Source of the DNA: Malacoraja senta
Lineage: Eukaryota
DNA: 64,000 nt
Assembly: GCA_038087875.1 (NCBI GenBank)
Contig: JAXLNO010000456.1
Span: 62,001-126,000 of the forward strand
Direction of reading: 5' to 3'
Shown here: one piece after another, positions 24,600-35,389 of the stretch
How the letters are laid out: each line of letters begins with the position of its first letter
Numbering within the stretch: position 1 is the first letter of the stretch
The notes under the pieces: model-generated
Database searches by the model: none
What the model was told of the DNA's origin: nothing
The model's input: the letters and a program-made list of their open reading frames with translations, nothing else
Translations under genes and position numbers: made by a program

Positions 24600-26128
24600 A
24601 GATTTTCCTGGCAGAGGCAATCCCTCTATGCTGAAGCGGTGCCAATTTGACTCAGGGATCAGAAACAACTCCTCCCTCAGTAGCATTGAGTATGAATGAA
24701 CGATTCTTTCGTGCGACGTCCTTGGCTGTGACAAAACGTTCATAATATTTGCAGTGGTCTTAGCCTGTTGCATGATCTGCAACAAGAGAGTACAATCCTG
24801 GTAATTATATTTTGAGAGGCGATGGAGAAACGTGGACGTGGGGCGGAGTGAATGAGAGATTTGATGATGGTTCACCCGAAAGCACTTACATCCGTGAACA
24901 TCTCCCGCTGAAGTCTTTCAACAGGCACATCGCTATCTGCCGCAGTTGTGCAGGCCCGCTTCCGCTTGGCGTGCTGCTGCTGTTCGACCGCAGTGCCGGA
25001 CCCAGAGGGTCCATCTGAGGGTTCCTCTGGGGGTCCCTCTGGTGGATCAGGCTCGCCCTCACTTGAGTCAGCGCACGATGAAACCCCCATGGTATACTTG
25101 AAGAAAGTGAATGTGTATCATAAATGTGCAAGGCCATCGGGACGTAGCAAGCAAAGTGACCACCAAGTTATCATTGTTAAATATCATTTTGACTGACTTT
25201 CCAACAAATTTTGATTGTCACATAATTTTCTTAACTATTCACCTTCCTGCCACTGTCCTTCCTCTGCACTCTGACTATGTGGTCCCGCACGAACCCCCAT
25301 TTCTCACATATCCACTGGTCTCTGTCAGTCAGTGGCCTACTGGCAGAGCCAGACTTGCCAAGACTGCTTGACCGTTTCCCGAACCGTGTCCTCCGACTCT
25401 TGAGCCATTGACACAGTTGGTCATCTGTGAAAACATAGAATAAATGAAGATCAGTGTTGAGCAAATTATAATCTTAATTGGAACTGCAATTACAACCACA
25501 GAAATGTAGATAAACTACAAATTATGTACTTACAAGAGCAGTCAGAGAACTCCTTCGCCTTGTCTTCAAGAATGACGTTGCGGAGATCCCTGTTCCTGAA
25601 ATGACGATGGGTCTTATCATACAGTTCACGGTGGGCCTGATACCATTCCACCAGGTCTCCCTCTTGCTCCCTTGAAAAAATATAAGGCTTTGAGCCCAAC
25701 CTGTTCTTCGCCGGCGCAGATGGGGCATCGTTCTCCTGAGCCAATTCCGAGTCCCATGCAGGGACAGAAGCTGGAGCAGGAGATGGGGCAGCAGATGGGG
25801 TAGCAGATGGGGCAGCAGATGAGGAAGGAGATGGGGCAGCAGATGGGGAGGCAGATGGGGAGGCAGATGGGGCAGGAGATGGGGCAGCAGATGAGGCAGG
25901 AGATGGGGCAGCAGATGAGGAAGGAGATGGGGCAGGAACTGGGGTGGGAACTGGTGAAGGTGCTGAGGCAGAAGATAAGGCAGGATATGGGACAGGTACT
26001 GAAGCAGGGGCAGGAACAACAGCATGGACAGGAGCAGTGGCTGGACCCTCCAGTAGCTGAATGTTATCTATTATCACTTTTTTCACTTTGTCCTGCATCG
26101 ATCTTTTGACACTCCTTGTTCTCCTCAT
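24600..26128 (-). CDS. Harbinger Myb/MADF-like DNA-binding protein, spliced (exons approximately 26128-25533, 25426-25242, 25097-24889, 24800-24610)
   Basis: A Pro/Ala/Ser-rich repeat is followed by FSREQEGDLVEWYQAHRELYDK and then DQLCQWLKSRRTRFGK. GTAAGT donors lie on the minus strand. The 3' exons are uncertain. Confidence 0.7.
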
Positions 26129-26952
26129 GTTGATATCCTCACCTGGGAAGAACTACGTTTCAAAAAACGCGGTAAAATCTTAAACTGTTGAGGGCTCAGA
26201 TCTCGCGCGGTTTTAATGTGATCAGGTAAAAGGCGGGCCGACTGCAAATGGATGTCGCGCGGCGTCGGGTGATGACGTCAGCGCGCAACGCAACGTGCTA
26301 GCCTACTCCGTCGAGACGGCTCGCGGCGTCCAGGCTGTGCTCGCGGCGTCCAGCCGGTGCTCGCGGCGGCAGCGGGGCGGCAGGCCACTGCCGCACGGGA
26401 TTTTTGGACAGTGTCAGTTTTTCTGACGGGACGAACTACATACGGCTCCGGCGATCTGCGTGGGACCCACGCGCGGTCTCCACTTCCTGCTATGCCGCGC
26501 TTACCGCCTGTAACCGCCTGCCCGTGGGACAGGGCCTTTACTTACTTACAGTTTATCTGCAGTTATTTGTTTCTACTAATAATATGCAGTTCCTTGTTAT
26601 TATAGGATGAGACCTGTTGCACAGTCTGTGACCTTGTGTTACTGGTGGCATTAAGGGCCTTGGTTCTGTGTGTCCTGGTGGGGTGCCGAGGTACGGAGCA
26701 GGCAGGAGCGATGGATTGGATTCGCAGCGACATCCTCCTCCTCTATCCGACGAGAGTTCTGCAACACCCTCTCTCGCTGTGATTCCTCCCGCTTTTGCGA
26801 ATCTTTCATTCATTTGTTCTATGTACCGTCTATATCTCTCGTTTCCCTTTCTCCTGACTCTCAGTCTGAAGTCGGGTCTCGACCCGAAACGTCTCCAGAG
26901 ATGTTGCCTGACCAGCTGAGTTACTCCAGCATTTTGTATCTAACTTCGATGA

Positions 26953-28100
26953 ATGAAGGTGATAGACTTCATCGCAGGTGATAGACTTCATACCGACATC
27001 CACTACAAACCTACCGACTCCCATGGCTATCTGGACTACACTTCTTCCCACCCTGCTTCCTGTAAGGACTCCATCCCCCACTCTCAATTCCTCCGTCTAT
27101 GCCGCATCTGCTCCCAGGATGAGGCGTTCCACACCAGGGCATCCGAAATGTCCTCATTCTTCAGGGAACGGGGGTTCCCCTCCTCCACCATAGATGAGGC
27201 TCGCACCAGGGTCTCTGCCATACCCCGCAACACTGCTCTCTCTCTCCATCACCTCACTCACAACAAGGGCAGAGTCCCCCTAGTCCTCACCTTTCACCCC
27301 ACCAGCCGTCACATACAACAAGTGATCCTCCGTCAGTTTCGCCACCTCCAACGTGACCCCACCACTCGCCACATCTTCCCATCTCCCCCCATGTCTGCCT
27401 TCCGCAAAGACCGCTCCCTCCGTAACTCCCTTGTCAATTCTTCCCTGCCCTCCCGTGCCACCCCCTCCCCGGGTACTTTCCCTTGCAACCGCAAGAGATG
27501 CAACACTTGTCCCTTCACCTCCCCCCTCGATTCCATTCAAGGACCCAAGCAGTCGTTCCAGGTGCGACAGAGGTTTACCTGCATCTCCTCCAACCTCATC
27601 TATTGCATCCGCTGCTCTAGATGTCAGCTGATCTACATCGGTGAGACCAAGCGGAGGCTTGGCGATCGTTTCGCCGAACACCTCCGGTCGGTCCGCAATA
27701 ACCTACCTGACCTCCCGGTGGCTCAGCACTTCAACCCCCCTCCCATTCCCTATCGGACCTCTCTGTCCTGGGTCTCCACCATGTCCACAGCGAGCAACAC
27801 CAGAAATTGGAGGAAATGCACCTCATATTCCGCTTGGGCAGTCTACATCCTGGGGGCATGAACATTGAATTCTCCCAACTCTGCTAGCCCTTGCTGTCCC
27901 CTCCCCTTCATCAGCCCTCTGGTTGTCTCCTCCCATCCCCCAGCCCTCGGGCTCCTCCTCCGCCTTTTTTCCTTTTTTCCTTTCTTCTCCCCACCCCCTA
28001 TCAGTCTGAAGAAGGGTTTCGGCCCGAAACGCTGCCTATTTCCTTCGCTCCATAGATGCTGCTGCACCCGCTGAGTTTCTCCAGCATTTTTGTGTACCTT
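26953..28100 (+). mobile_element. Penelope-like element 3' part (RT C-terminus, GIY-YIG endonuclease) with terminal repeat
   Basis: Motifs HYKPTDSHGYL, CNRKRCNTC and LIYCIRC..IYIGETKRRLGDRFAEH. Terminal ctgaagaagggtttcggcccgaaacg motif at about 28006. Confidence 0.9.
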
Positions 28101-28204
28101 CGGTGAACGAAACGTCGGCTGTGGAGCAGTGCCACACAGAGGCGATGCTCAGTAACTGCAAGACGGCAGCAATTCGGCAAAGGCTGCTTCCTTTTAAGGA
28201 AGAA

Positions 28205-28212
28205 ATGCAAAT
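28205..28212 (+). promoter_or_regulatory. Octamer (ATGCAAAT) of a probable snRNA distal sequence element
   Basis: Perfect octamer about 199 bp upstream of U1 +1, the typical DSE position. Confidence 0.7.
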
Positions 28213-28403
28213 GAAGTGAGCAGCGAGAAAAAGCGGGCAAATGTGATAAAGATCAGATGTGAAACGATAAATAAAAGGTTAAAATATGTTTCTTTTCCTG
28301 TTTTCGGCCAGTAAGTGCAATATAACATTTTACAATTTTGGCTTGTACTGACATTAAAGAGTAATGGTAGAGGTTGGCTGTGACAGAGCGACGATATTCT
28401 AGC

Positions 28404-28567
28404 ATACTTACCTGGCAGGGGAGAGACCTTGATCAAAAAGGAGGTTCTCCCAGGACGAGGCTATCCCATTGCACTTCGGGTGTGCTGACGCCTGCGATGT
28501 CCCCAAATGCGGGATACTCGACTGCAAAATTTGTGGTAGTGGGGGACTGCGTTCGCGCTCTCCCCTG
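28404..28567 (+). ncRNA. RNU1: U1 spliceosomal snRNA gene (164 nt), intact
   Basis: 5' ATACTTACCTGG, stem-loop I with compensatory pairs, U1A loop ATTGCAC, Sm site AATTTGTGG and SL4 ending TCCCCTG. A 3'-box-like GTTT..AAAAACAGA follows. Confidence 0.96.
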
Positions 28568-28783
28568 GTTTCAAAATTAAAAACAGAGTTAATGCATAGA
28601 AATGGTCCATATGCTGGAGGATCACTGCTACTGCGGTGGAGTTACTGCCTTAGGGCGCCGCAGACTCGGATTACATTCGGAGTACGTTGTTATCTCAACC
28701 CGTCACATGCGTGCGTTTTCTCCGGGTGCGCCGGTTTCTCCCATTTCCCGCACGTGCAGGTTTGTAGATTAATTTGCTTCTGT

Positions 28784-29706
28784 CAAGTCAAGTGAGTTTA
28801 TTGTCATGTGTCCCTGGTAGGACAATGAAATTCTTGCTTTGTTTGAGCACAACAGAACATAGTAGGCATTTACTACAAGGCATTCTATAAATATATACAC
28901 AATGGTCAATATACTGATAAAGTGCAAATAACAGTATTGGCTAGTAAAGTTCAGTGTTATGTCCGAGCCAGGTTTAATAGCTGTGGGGAAGTAGCTGTTC
29001 CTGAACCTGGTCGTTGCAGTCTTCAGGCTCCTGTACCTTCTACCTGAAGGTAGTAGGGAGATGAGTGTGTGGCCAGGATGGTGTGGGTCCTTGATGATGC
29101 TGCCAGCCTTTTTGAGGCAGCGACTGTGGTAGATCCCCTCGATTGAAGGGAGGTCAGAGCCGATGATGGACTGGGCAGTGTTTACTACTTTTTGTAGTCT
29201 TTTCCTCTCCAGGGCACTCAAGTTGCCGAACCAAGCCACGATGCAACCGGTCAGCATGCTCTCTACTGTGCACCTGTAGAAGTTAGAGAGAGTCCTCCTT
29301 GACAAACCGACTCTCCGTAATCTTCTCAGGAAGTAGAGGCGCTGATGTGCTTTCTTAATAATGGCATCATTGTTCTCGGACCAGGAAAGATCTTCAGAGA
29401 TGTGCACGCCCAGGAATTTGAAGCTCTTGACCCTTTCAACCATCGACCCGTTGATATAAACGGGACTGTGGGTCCCCATCCTACTCCTTCCAAAGTCCAC
29501 AATCAGTTCCTTGGTTTTGCTGGTGTTGAGGGCCAGGTTGTTGTGCTGGCACCATATGGACAGTTGCTCGATCTCTCTTCTATACTCTGACATCCCCATC
29601 AGTGATACGTCCCACAACAGTGGTGTCATCAGCGAACTTGATGATGGAGTTCGCACTATGTCCGGCTACGCAGTCATGAGTATAGAGTGAGTACAGCAGG
29701 GGACTG
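28784..29706 (-). mobile_element. 5'-truncated Rex1/Babar-type LINE in the U1 3' flank
   Basis: RT C-terminus and a (CTTGA)n tail, flanked by TCTGT (28779-83 and 29707-11). Absent from the paralogous flank at about 35600. Confidence 0.88.
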
Positions 29707-30447
29707 TCTGTGAATTGTCCCTAAACAATTGTTCCTAAAGAATTCTGTGAATTGTTCTCTTGAACCTCTACATGTGTGCAGTGGAGAGCATCGTGGCCTG
29801 GTTCAGCAACTTGAAATGTCCAGGAGCGAAGAAGACTGCCAAATGTTGTGAATGGGTTCTGACCTCCCCACCATCGAAGGGATTTTCCGGGGTCGCTGCC
29901 TCAAAAAGGCAGCCAGCATCATCAAAGATCCACACCACCCTGGCCACACATTCATCTCACCACTGCCAGGTACAGGAGCCTGAAAACTGTAACGTCCAGG
30001 TTCAGTAACTGCTTCTTCCCAACAGCCATTGGGCTATTAGACACCACAACCTCAAATGGGCTCTGAATCAACATAGACTATTATTATTATTATTATTATT
30101 ATTGCACTATTATTGTTTGTTCGTTTTTCTGTGTGTGTGTGCACACTGAACATGTTTCCACATTTTAATATTGTTTACAGTGTACTGTGTTTTACTCCTT
30201 TTGCATTTTATTTATTTCACATGTTTAATCAATAATGTTTTATTATTAATGTTTTATGTGTCATTCCTAACTGTCACTGTATGTCGTTGTCACTTGCGGG
30301 CGGAGCACCAAGGGAAATTCCTTGTATGTGAATACTTGGCCAATAAACGCATTCATTCATTCGCATATTCTGTTGTGCTGCTGCAAGTAAGAATTTCATT
30401 GCTCTACCTGGGACATATGACAATAATGCAGGGGAGAAACCTTGATC

Positions 30448-30503
30448 ATACTTACCTGGCAGGGGAGACACCTTGATCAAAAAGGAGGTTCTCCCAGGAC
30501 GAG
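30448..30503 (+). ncRNA. RNU1: U1 snRNA nt 1-56, immediately 5' of the Tx1 element and preceded by an extra U1 nt 12-31 fragment (30428-30447)
   Basis: ATACTTACCTGGCAGGGGAGACACCTTGATCAAAAAGGAGGTTCTCCCAGGACGAG matches the intact copy except at one base. Confidence 0.93.
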
Positions 30504-30673
30504 TATTTGAGTAAAAGAGACTTCCTGTTCTTATTAGAACAGTTCTGGCGGTCCCTTGGGGACAAGGGCCGTGGATCGCGGAGCGGAATCGGTGAAGAGG
30601 AGTCGGTCGGCTGCGGGCTTAGAGGTGGATCTATGCTGGTTGGGCAACCAACCTAACACCTCATTCAGCCACA

Positions 30674-31804
30674 ATGGCAGCAGCAATTGGAGCGGGAGTA
30701 CAGGGTATCCGCAATACCCAGAGAATCAGCGTTAAGGACCTCAGCAAGGGGCTTCCCTTCTCACGGGACCTGTTCGTGAAGAAGGTCTTGCTGGGGGCCT
30801 GCAAATTTGAGGCCAAGGACATCTACTGCCTCCAGGACTTCCCGGGTAACGGATACTTTGATGTTACCTTCAAGTATCCGACGGGATGGCAAAAGTTCAT
30901 GGACGACTTCCGGGAGAAGGGGAATGAAGCTCCGCTGTCGCTGCTGAAAGTGCAGCCGCTCTTCACTCTCCCCACCCAGAAGGAAAGGATGATCACGGTG
31001 CACATGTTTAACCCACATGTGCCCGTAGTGAATGTCCTTACCTTCCTTGCCCGTTATGTCGAGGGAACAGGGAGCTGCGTGGATGTGAAGGACCTGCATG
31101 GGATCTGGACGAGCAAGCGGCAAGTCAAGGTAAAGCTGAGGGTGGACAAGGACGGAGCACTCCTCCACCCTCCATCGGTTTTCGCAATTGGAGGAAACCG
31201 AGGATACATGACCTACGTGGGGCAGCCCAGGCTGTGCAGGAAATGCAACAAGCCTGGGCATGTGATGGCCCAATGCACTGCAGTTGTCTGCAAGAACTGC
31301 AGGACGGAGGGCCATGAGACAAAGGACTGTCAGGCCAGCAAGAACTGCAACCTGTGTGGGGAGGCAGGCCACCTTTACAGGGCTTGCCCTAAAAGAGCCT
31401 GCACCTATGCACAGGCGACAAGAGGGGCTGCTACCAGCACCCCCAGGGTGGGTGAGACACCCCTCACCACTGCCAAGACTGCAGCAGAAAGGGGGAACAA
31501 GGACGAGGACAACCCGACCACCTCGAGCCACCAAGTGCCTGAAGGAGACCCCCAGCACCCTGACCAGGAGGGAGAGTCGATGGAGGAGGGGGAACAGCAG
31601 GAGACATGGACGACGGTGACGTACAAAAAGCACCAGAGGGTTCATCCGAAGGAGCCGAGGTTGGAAAGGGCTGGTAAGTCCAAAATAAAATCACAAAAAA
31701 GATCTCTCTCCCTGACAGAAGGCAGCAACCTCTCCTCGTCGGAGGATGAGGCGACCGAGAAGTCCCAACGATGGAGGCAGAGGAAGAAAACGGGGGAGGA
31801 ATAG
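30674..31804 (+). CDS. Tx1 ORF1p, gag-like zinc-knuckle protein (ZCCHC3-like)
   Basis: CRKCNKPGHVMAQC, CKNCRTEGHETKDC and CNLCGEAGHLYRAC, preceded by an RRM-like region (YFDVTF, GIWTSKRQV). Confidence 0.88.
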   Translation: MAAAIGAGVQGIRNTQRISVKDLSKGLPFSRDLFVKKVLLGACKFEAKDIYCLQDFPGNGYFDVTFKYPTGWQKFMDDFREKGNEAPLSLLKVQPLFTLPTQKERMITVHMFNPHVPVVNVLTFLARYVEGTGSCVDVKDLHGIWTSKRQVKVKLRVDKDGALLHPPSVFAIGGNRGYMTYVGQPRLCRKCNKPGHVMAQCTAVVCKNCRTEGHETKDCQASKNCNLCGEAGHLYRACPKRACTYAQATRGAATSTPRVGETPLTTAKTAAERGNKDEDNPTTSSHQVPEGDPQHPDQEGESMEEGEQQETWTTVTYKKHQRVHPKEPRLERAGKSKIKSQKRSLSLTEGSNLSSSEDEATEKSQRWRQRKKTGEE

Positions 31805-31819
31805 AGGAAGGTCATGCCA

Positions 31820-34800
31820 GGGGATCTTGCTGCGTGGAGGGAACTTCGCCATCACTGAGGTCAGGGAGGTGGTTGGGGGTCGTCTCCTCGTGGTGGATGT
31901 TATGTACCGTGGCTCTCCGCTCTGGCTGATTTAATGTGTATGCCTCACCCATGCAGAGCGAGCGGCTGGCCGTTCTCCAGCAGCTCCCAGTGCTGCTGGC
32001 CACGTCCCGGAAGCTCGTTCTGGCCGGTGACTTCAACTGCATCATTGATGCGGCTGGACGATCCGGCAGTGCCGACAACAGACTGGACAGCACGTCCAAG
32101 TTCCTGATGGAAATGGTAAAAGACGCAAAGCTGCACGACGCCTTCAGCAACCCTGCAGGCGGGTCCCAGCCGAAGTTCACCTGGTCGAGATCGGACGGTT
32201 TAGCCCGATCCCGGATAGACTTTGTCTTCACGACGAAGGCCGTCACGGTGAGACACACCGACCTCACGCCGGTGTTCTTCTCTGACCACTGCCTCCTTCA
32301 GGCTTCCTGTCACCTACAGGAGGACCAGAAAGCAGGCAAGGGGACGTGGAAGTTAAATATGAAGCTGTTGACCCCAGAGAACGTTGAGGAGCTAAAGAGG
32401 GACTCCGCCTGTTGGAGAACGGTGAGGCCCCTCTTTGACTCTCCGATACTCTGGTGGGAAGCAACCAAGGAGAACATTAAGAGGTTCTTCATAGTTAAAG
32501 GGGTTCAGAGAGCAAGACAGAGTCAGAGGGAATTGTGCCAACTCCAGACAGATTTGCAACAGCTGCTCCTTCTGCAGTTGAGTGGGGGTGGATGTGAGGG
32601 AGGAACTTAGAGAGGTGAAGGACCAGCAAGCTCGGCTCTTTACCTCTGAATCCTCCAAGATCATCTTCCGATCCAGGGTCCGCCATGTGGAGCAGGATGA
32701 GACATGCTCACGTTACTTCTTCCATAAGGTTCACAGGGGGAGCTCTGTGATGAACAGCCTTAGGGAAGAGGACGACTCGGTAACATCCTTGCAGACGGAT
32801 ATGCTGGGGATCTGCAAATCCTTTTACACGGATATGTATGACAGAAAGGCCACAGACAGCACCGCCTCCCACAACTTCCTGTCCTCTATCACGGATGTCT
32901 TGGCGGACAGCAAGCGGGAGAGTCTGGACCAACCACTGACCCTAGAGGAGCTGACTGGCTCCATCCGTTCCTTTGACTCGAGTAAAACTCCCGGAAGCGA
33001 TGGCTTACCGGCCGAGTTGTATTTGGCTCTGTGGGACTGGGTGGACCCGGACCTGCTGGAAGTGTACAACGACATGCTTCTAGCCGGCAGCATGGCAGAC
33101 TCCATGAGGAAGGGCAGCATCACCCTAATCTACAAGCAGAAGGGGGAGATGAAGGACATAAAGAATTGGAGACCCATAACACTGCTGAATGTAGATTATA
33201 AGATCCTGTCTAAGGCCATCGCCAACCGGGTGAAGTCTGCTCTGGGAAAGGTGATCCACCCGGACCAAACCTGTGCTGTACCTGGCAGGAAAATCTCAGA
33301 CAGCCTAGCGCTGCTGAGAGACACCATCGCCTACGTGCAGGACAGACTGGTGGATGCCTGCCTAGTCAGCTTGGACCAGGAGAAGGCCTTCGACAGGATA
33401 TCGCACACGTACATGAGGGACGTGCTCTCCAAAATGGATTTTGGGGAGGGAATCCGAAATTGGATCAAACTGCTCTACACCAATATCCGTAGTGCAGTCC
33501 AAATCAATGAGTGGGAATCAGACAGTTTCCCTGTAAGGTCTGGAGTCAGGCAGGGGTGCCCTCTCTCTCCTGTCTTGTTTGTCTGCTGTATTGAACCTTT
33601 TGCCGAGTCCATCAGGAAGGATGCGAGCATTAGAGGAGTGACATTACCAGGCAGTGGGGGCATTCAAGTCAAAACCTCCCTGTACATGGACGATGTCGCT
33701 GTCGCTCGGATCCAGGGTCGGTCCGCAGATTGATCAGTATCTGTGACCAGTTTGAGTCGGCCACGGGAGCCAGGGTGAACCGCAGGAAGAGCGAGGCCAT
33801 GCTCTTTTGCAACTGGCCCGACCGAACTTCTGTCCCCTTCACCATCAAGCCTGACTTCTTGAAGGTGCTGGGGATCTGGTTCGGGGGGGCTGAGGCGTGT
33901 AACAAGAATTGGCTGGAGCGGATAGTCAAGGTGGGGAGGAAACTGGAGCTGTGGAAGCAACGCTCCCTCTCCATAACCGGAAAAAATTTGGTCATCAGAT
34001 GTGCGGTGCTCTCGGGGCTGCTGTACTTGGCGCAAGTGTGGCCTGTCCCTCCCTCCTACGCCACAGGGATCGCCCGGGCCGTCTTCCAGTTCATCTGGGG
34101 GTCGAGGATAGACCGGGTGCGACGGGCCACAATGTACAAGTCAGCAGACAACGGGGGTAAAAGCGTGCCCAACGTCGCCCTCACCCTGATGGCCACCTTT
34201 GTGTGTGGCTGCATCAGGCGGAGTGTAGAACCAAGGCACGTGGGCACCAAGTGTCACTACCTGCTGAGGTTCTACCTGTCCCCGGTGTTGCGAAGGATGG
34301 GCCTGGCGCAGATGCCACGCAATGTGCCAGTCTGCTGGACATTGCCGCCCCATCTGTCTTCTGTGGAAAGGTTCTTCCGGACCAACACCTTTGACCACAT
34401 GTCCATTGGGCAGTGGTCAGCACAGAATGTCCTGCAGGCACTGCAGGGAAAGGACTCGATGGATCCGGTGGCGTGGTTCCCAGAGCAGACTGCCCAGCTT
34501 GTCTGGCAAAATGCCTCATCGCCGGAACTCACCAACAAGCACCAAGACCTGGCTTGGCAGGCGGTGAGGGGAGCCCTCCCAGTCAAATCCTTCCTGCACC
34601 GTCGGAACCTCACTACCAGTGCACGCTGCCCTCGGGACGGCTGCTATGGAGAGGGGACGGTTGCCCACCTCTTTGCAGAGTGTGGATTTGCAAAAAGAGT
34701 CTGGAGAAGTATGCAAGGGTCCCTGGAACGCTTTATCCCGAACAGCTCCGTCACAGAGGACTCTGTGATTTACGGACTGTTCCCAGGGACACATTCAGAG

Positions 34801-35010
34801 ACTGACATGGAGTGCTGCTGGAAGGTCATCAACTCGGTGAAGGACGCTCTTTGGTCTGCCCGAGCGTTGTTCACCACCCAGCAGAGCGAGATGTCCGTCA
34901 GGGAATGTTGCCGACTGGCCCGCTGCAGACTGCAGGAGTACGTGCTGATGGACGCACTGAAGCTTGGTGCAGCCAACGCCAAGGCTCGGTGGGGGAGGGC
35001 CACAGTCTAG
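31820..35010 (+). pseudogene. Tx1 ORF2 (APE-RT-zinc finger), frameshifted, with the APE N-terminus apparently deleted
   Basis: Pieces at 31936-32610, 32582-33733 and 33730-35010 contain AGDFNC, SRIDF, SDH, WRPITLLNVDYKI, LDQEKAFDR and YMDD. The N-terminal APE motifs were not found. Confidence 0.88.
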
Positions 35011-35264
35011 GGTCCTTCCGCTGCTGGACATCGGGGGGGCACAGTATGGTGGAGACGCCCCTCAAAATAAGGGAAGGTATCCCACGCTAGGGGGCCACGT
35101 GAGTGGCACGGGTGGGGGACGGATCTGTGGAATTGGAAAAAAAATGTATTAACTGCATTGAACAATTTGTATAGCCTCCGAATATGTCGGATGAATGTTT
35201 CGCACGGTTCACGTATTGTATATATTTATTACTTGAATAAAGTCTATTTTTAAATTTTAAAAAA

Positions 35265-35389
35265 GTTTCCCCCAGGACGAGGCTATCCCATTGCACTTCG
35301 GGTGTGCTGACGCCTGCGATGTCCCCAAATGCGGGATACTCGACTGCAAAATTTGTGGTAGTGGGGGACTGCGTTCGCGCTCTCCCCTG
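35265..35389 (+). ncRNA. RNU1: U1 snRNA 3' part (nt about 41-164) downstream of the Tx1 element
   Basis: cccaggacgaggctatcccattgcac...gcgctctcccctg is identical to the intact copy from nt 46 onward, followed by the paralogous 3' flank. Confidence 0.95.

Larger units (their letters stand above)
21926..26537 (+). mobile_element. Complete PIF/Harbinger DNA transposon (4.6 kb)
   Basis: 44-bp perfect TIRs AGGCCCTGTCCCACGGGCAGGCGGTTACAGGCGGTAAGCGCGGC, a TTA target duplication (21923-25 and 26538-40), and convergent transposase and Myb/MADF-like genes. Confidence 0.95.
30504..35264 (+). mobile_element. Tx1-clade non-LTR retrotransposon inserted in a U1 snRNA gene
   Basis: ORF1 with three CCHC knuckles. 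ORF2 fragments cover APE, RT (GVRQGCPLSP, YMDD) and a C-terminal CPxxxC..HLF.EC motif. AATAAA at 35236 and a short A tail. U1 sequence on both sides. Confidence 0.93.

Noticed and set aside
25522..26109. Repetitive PHLL and MGQ ORFs
   Set aside because: They are alternative frames of the 12-bp repeat in the Harbinger Myb/MADF exon.
30761..31645. 294-aa antisense ORF over Tx1 ORF1
   Set aside because: It is a shadow frame of a GC-rich coding strand with no motifs.
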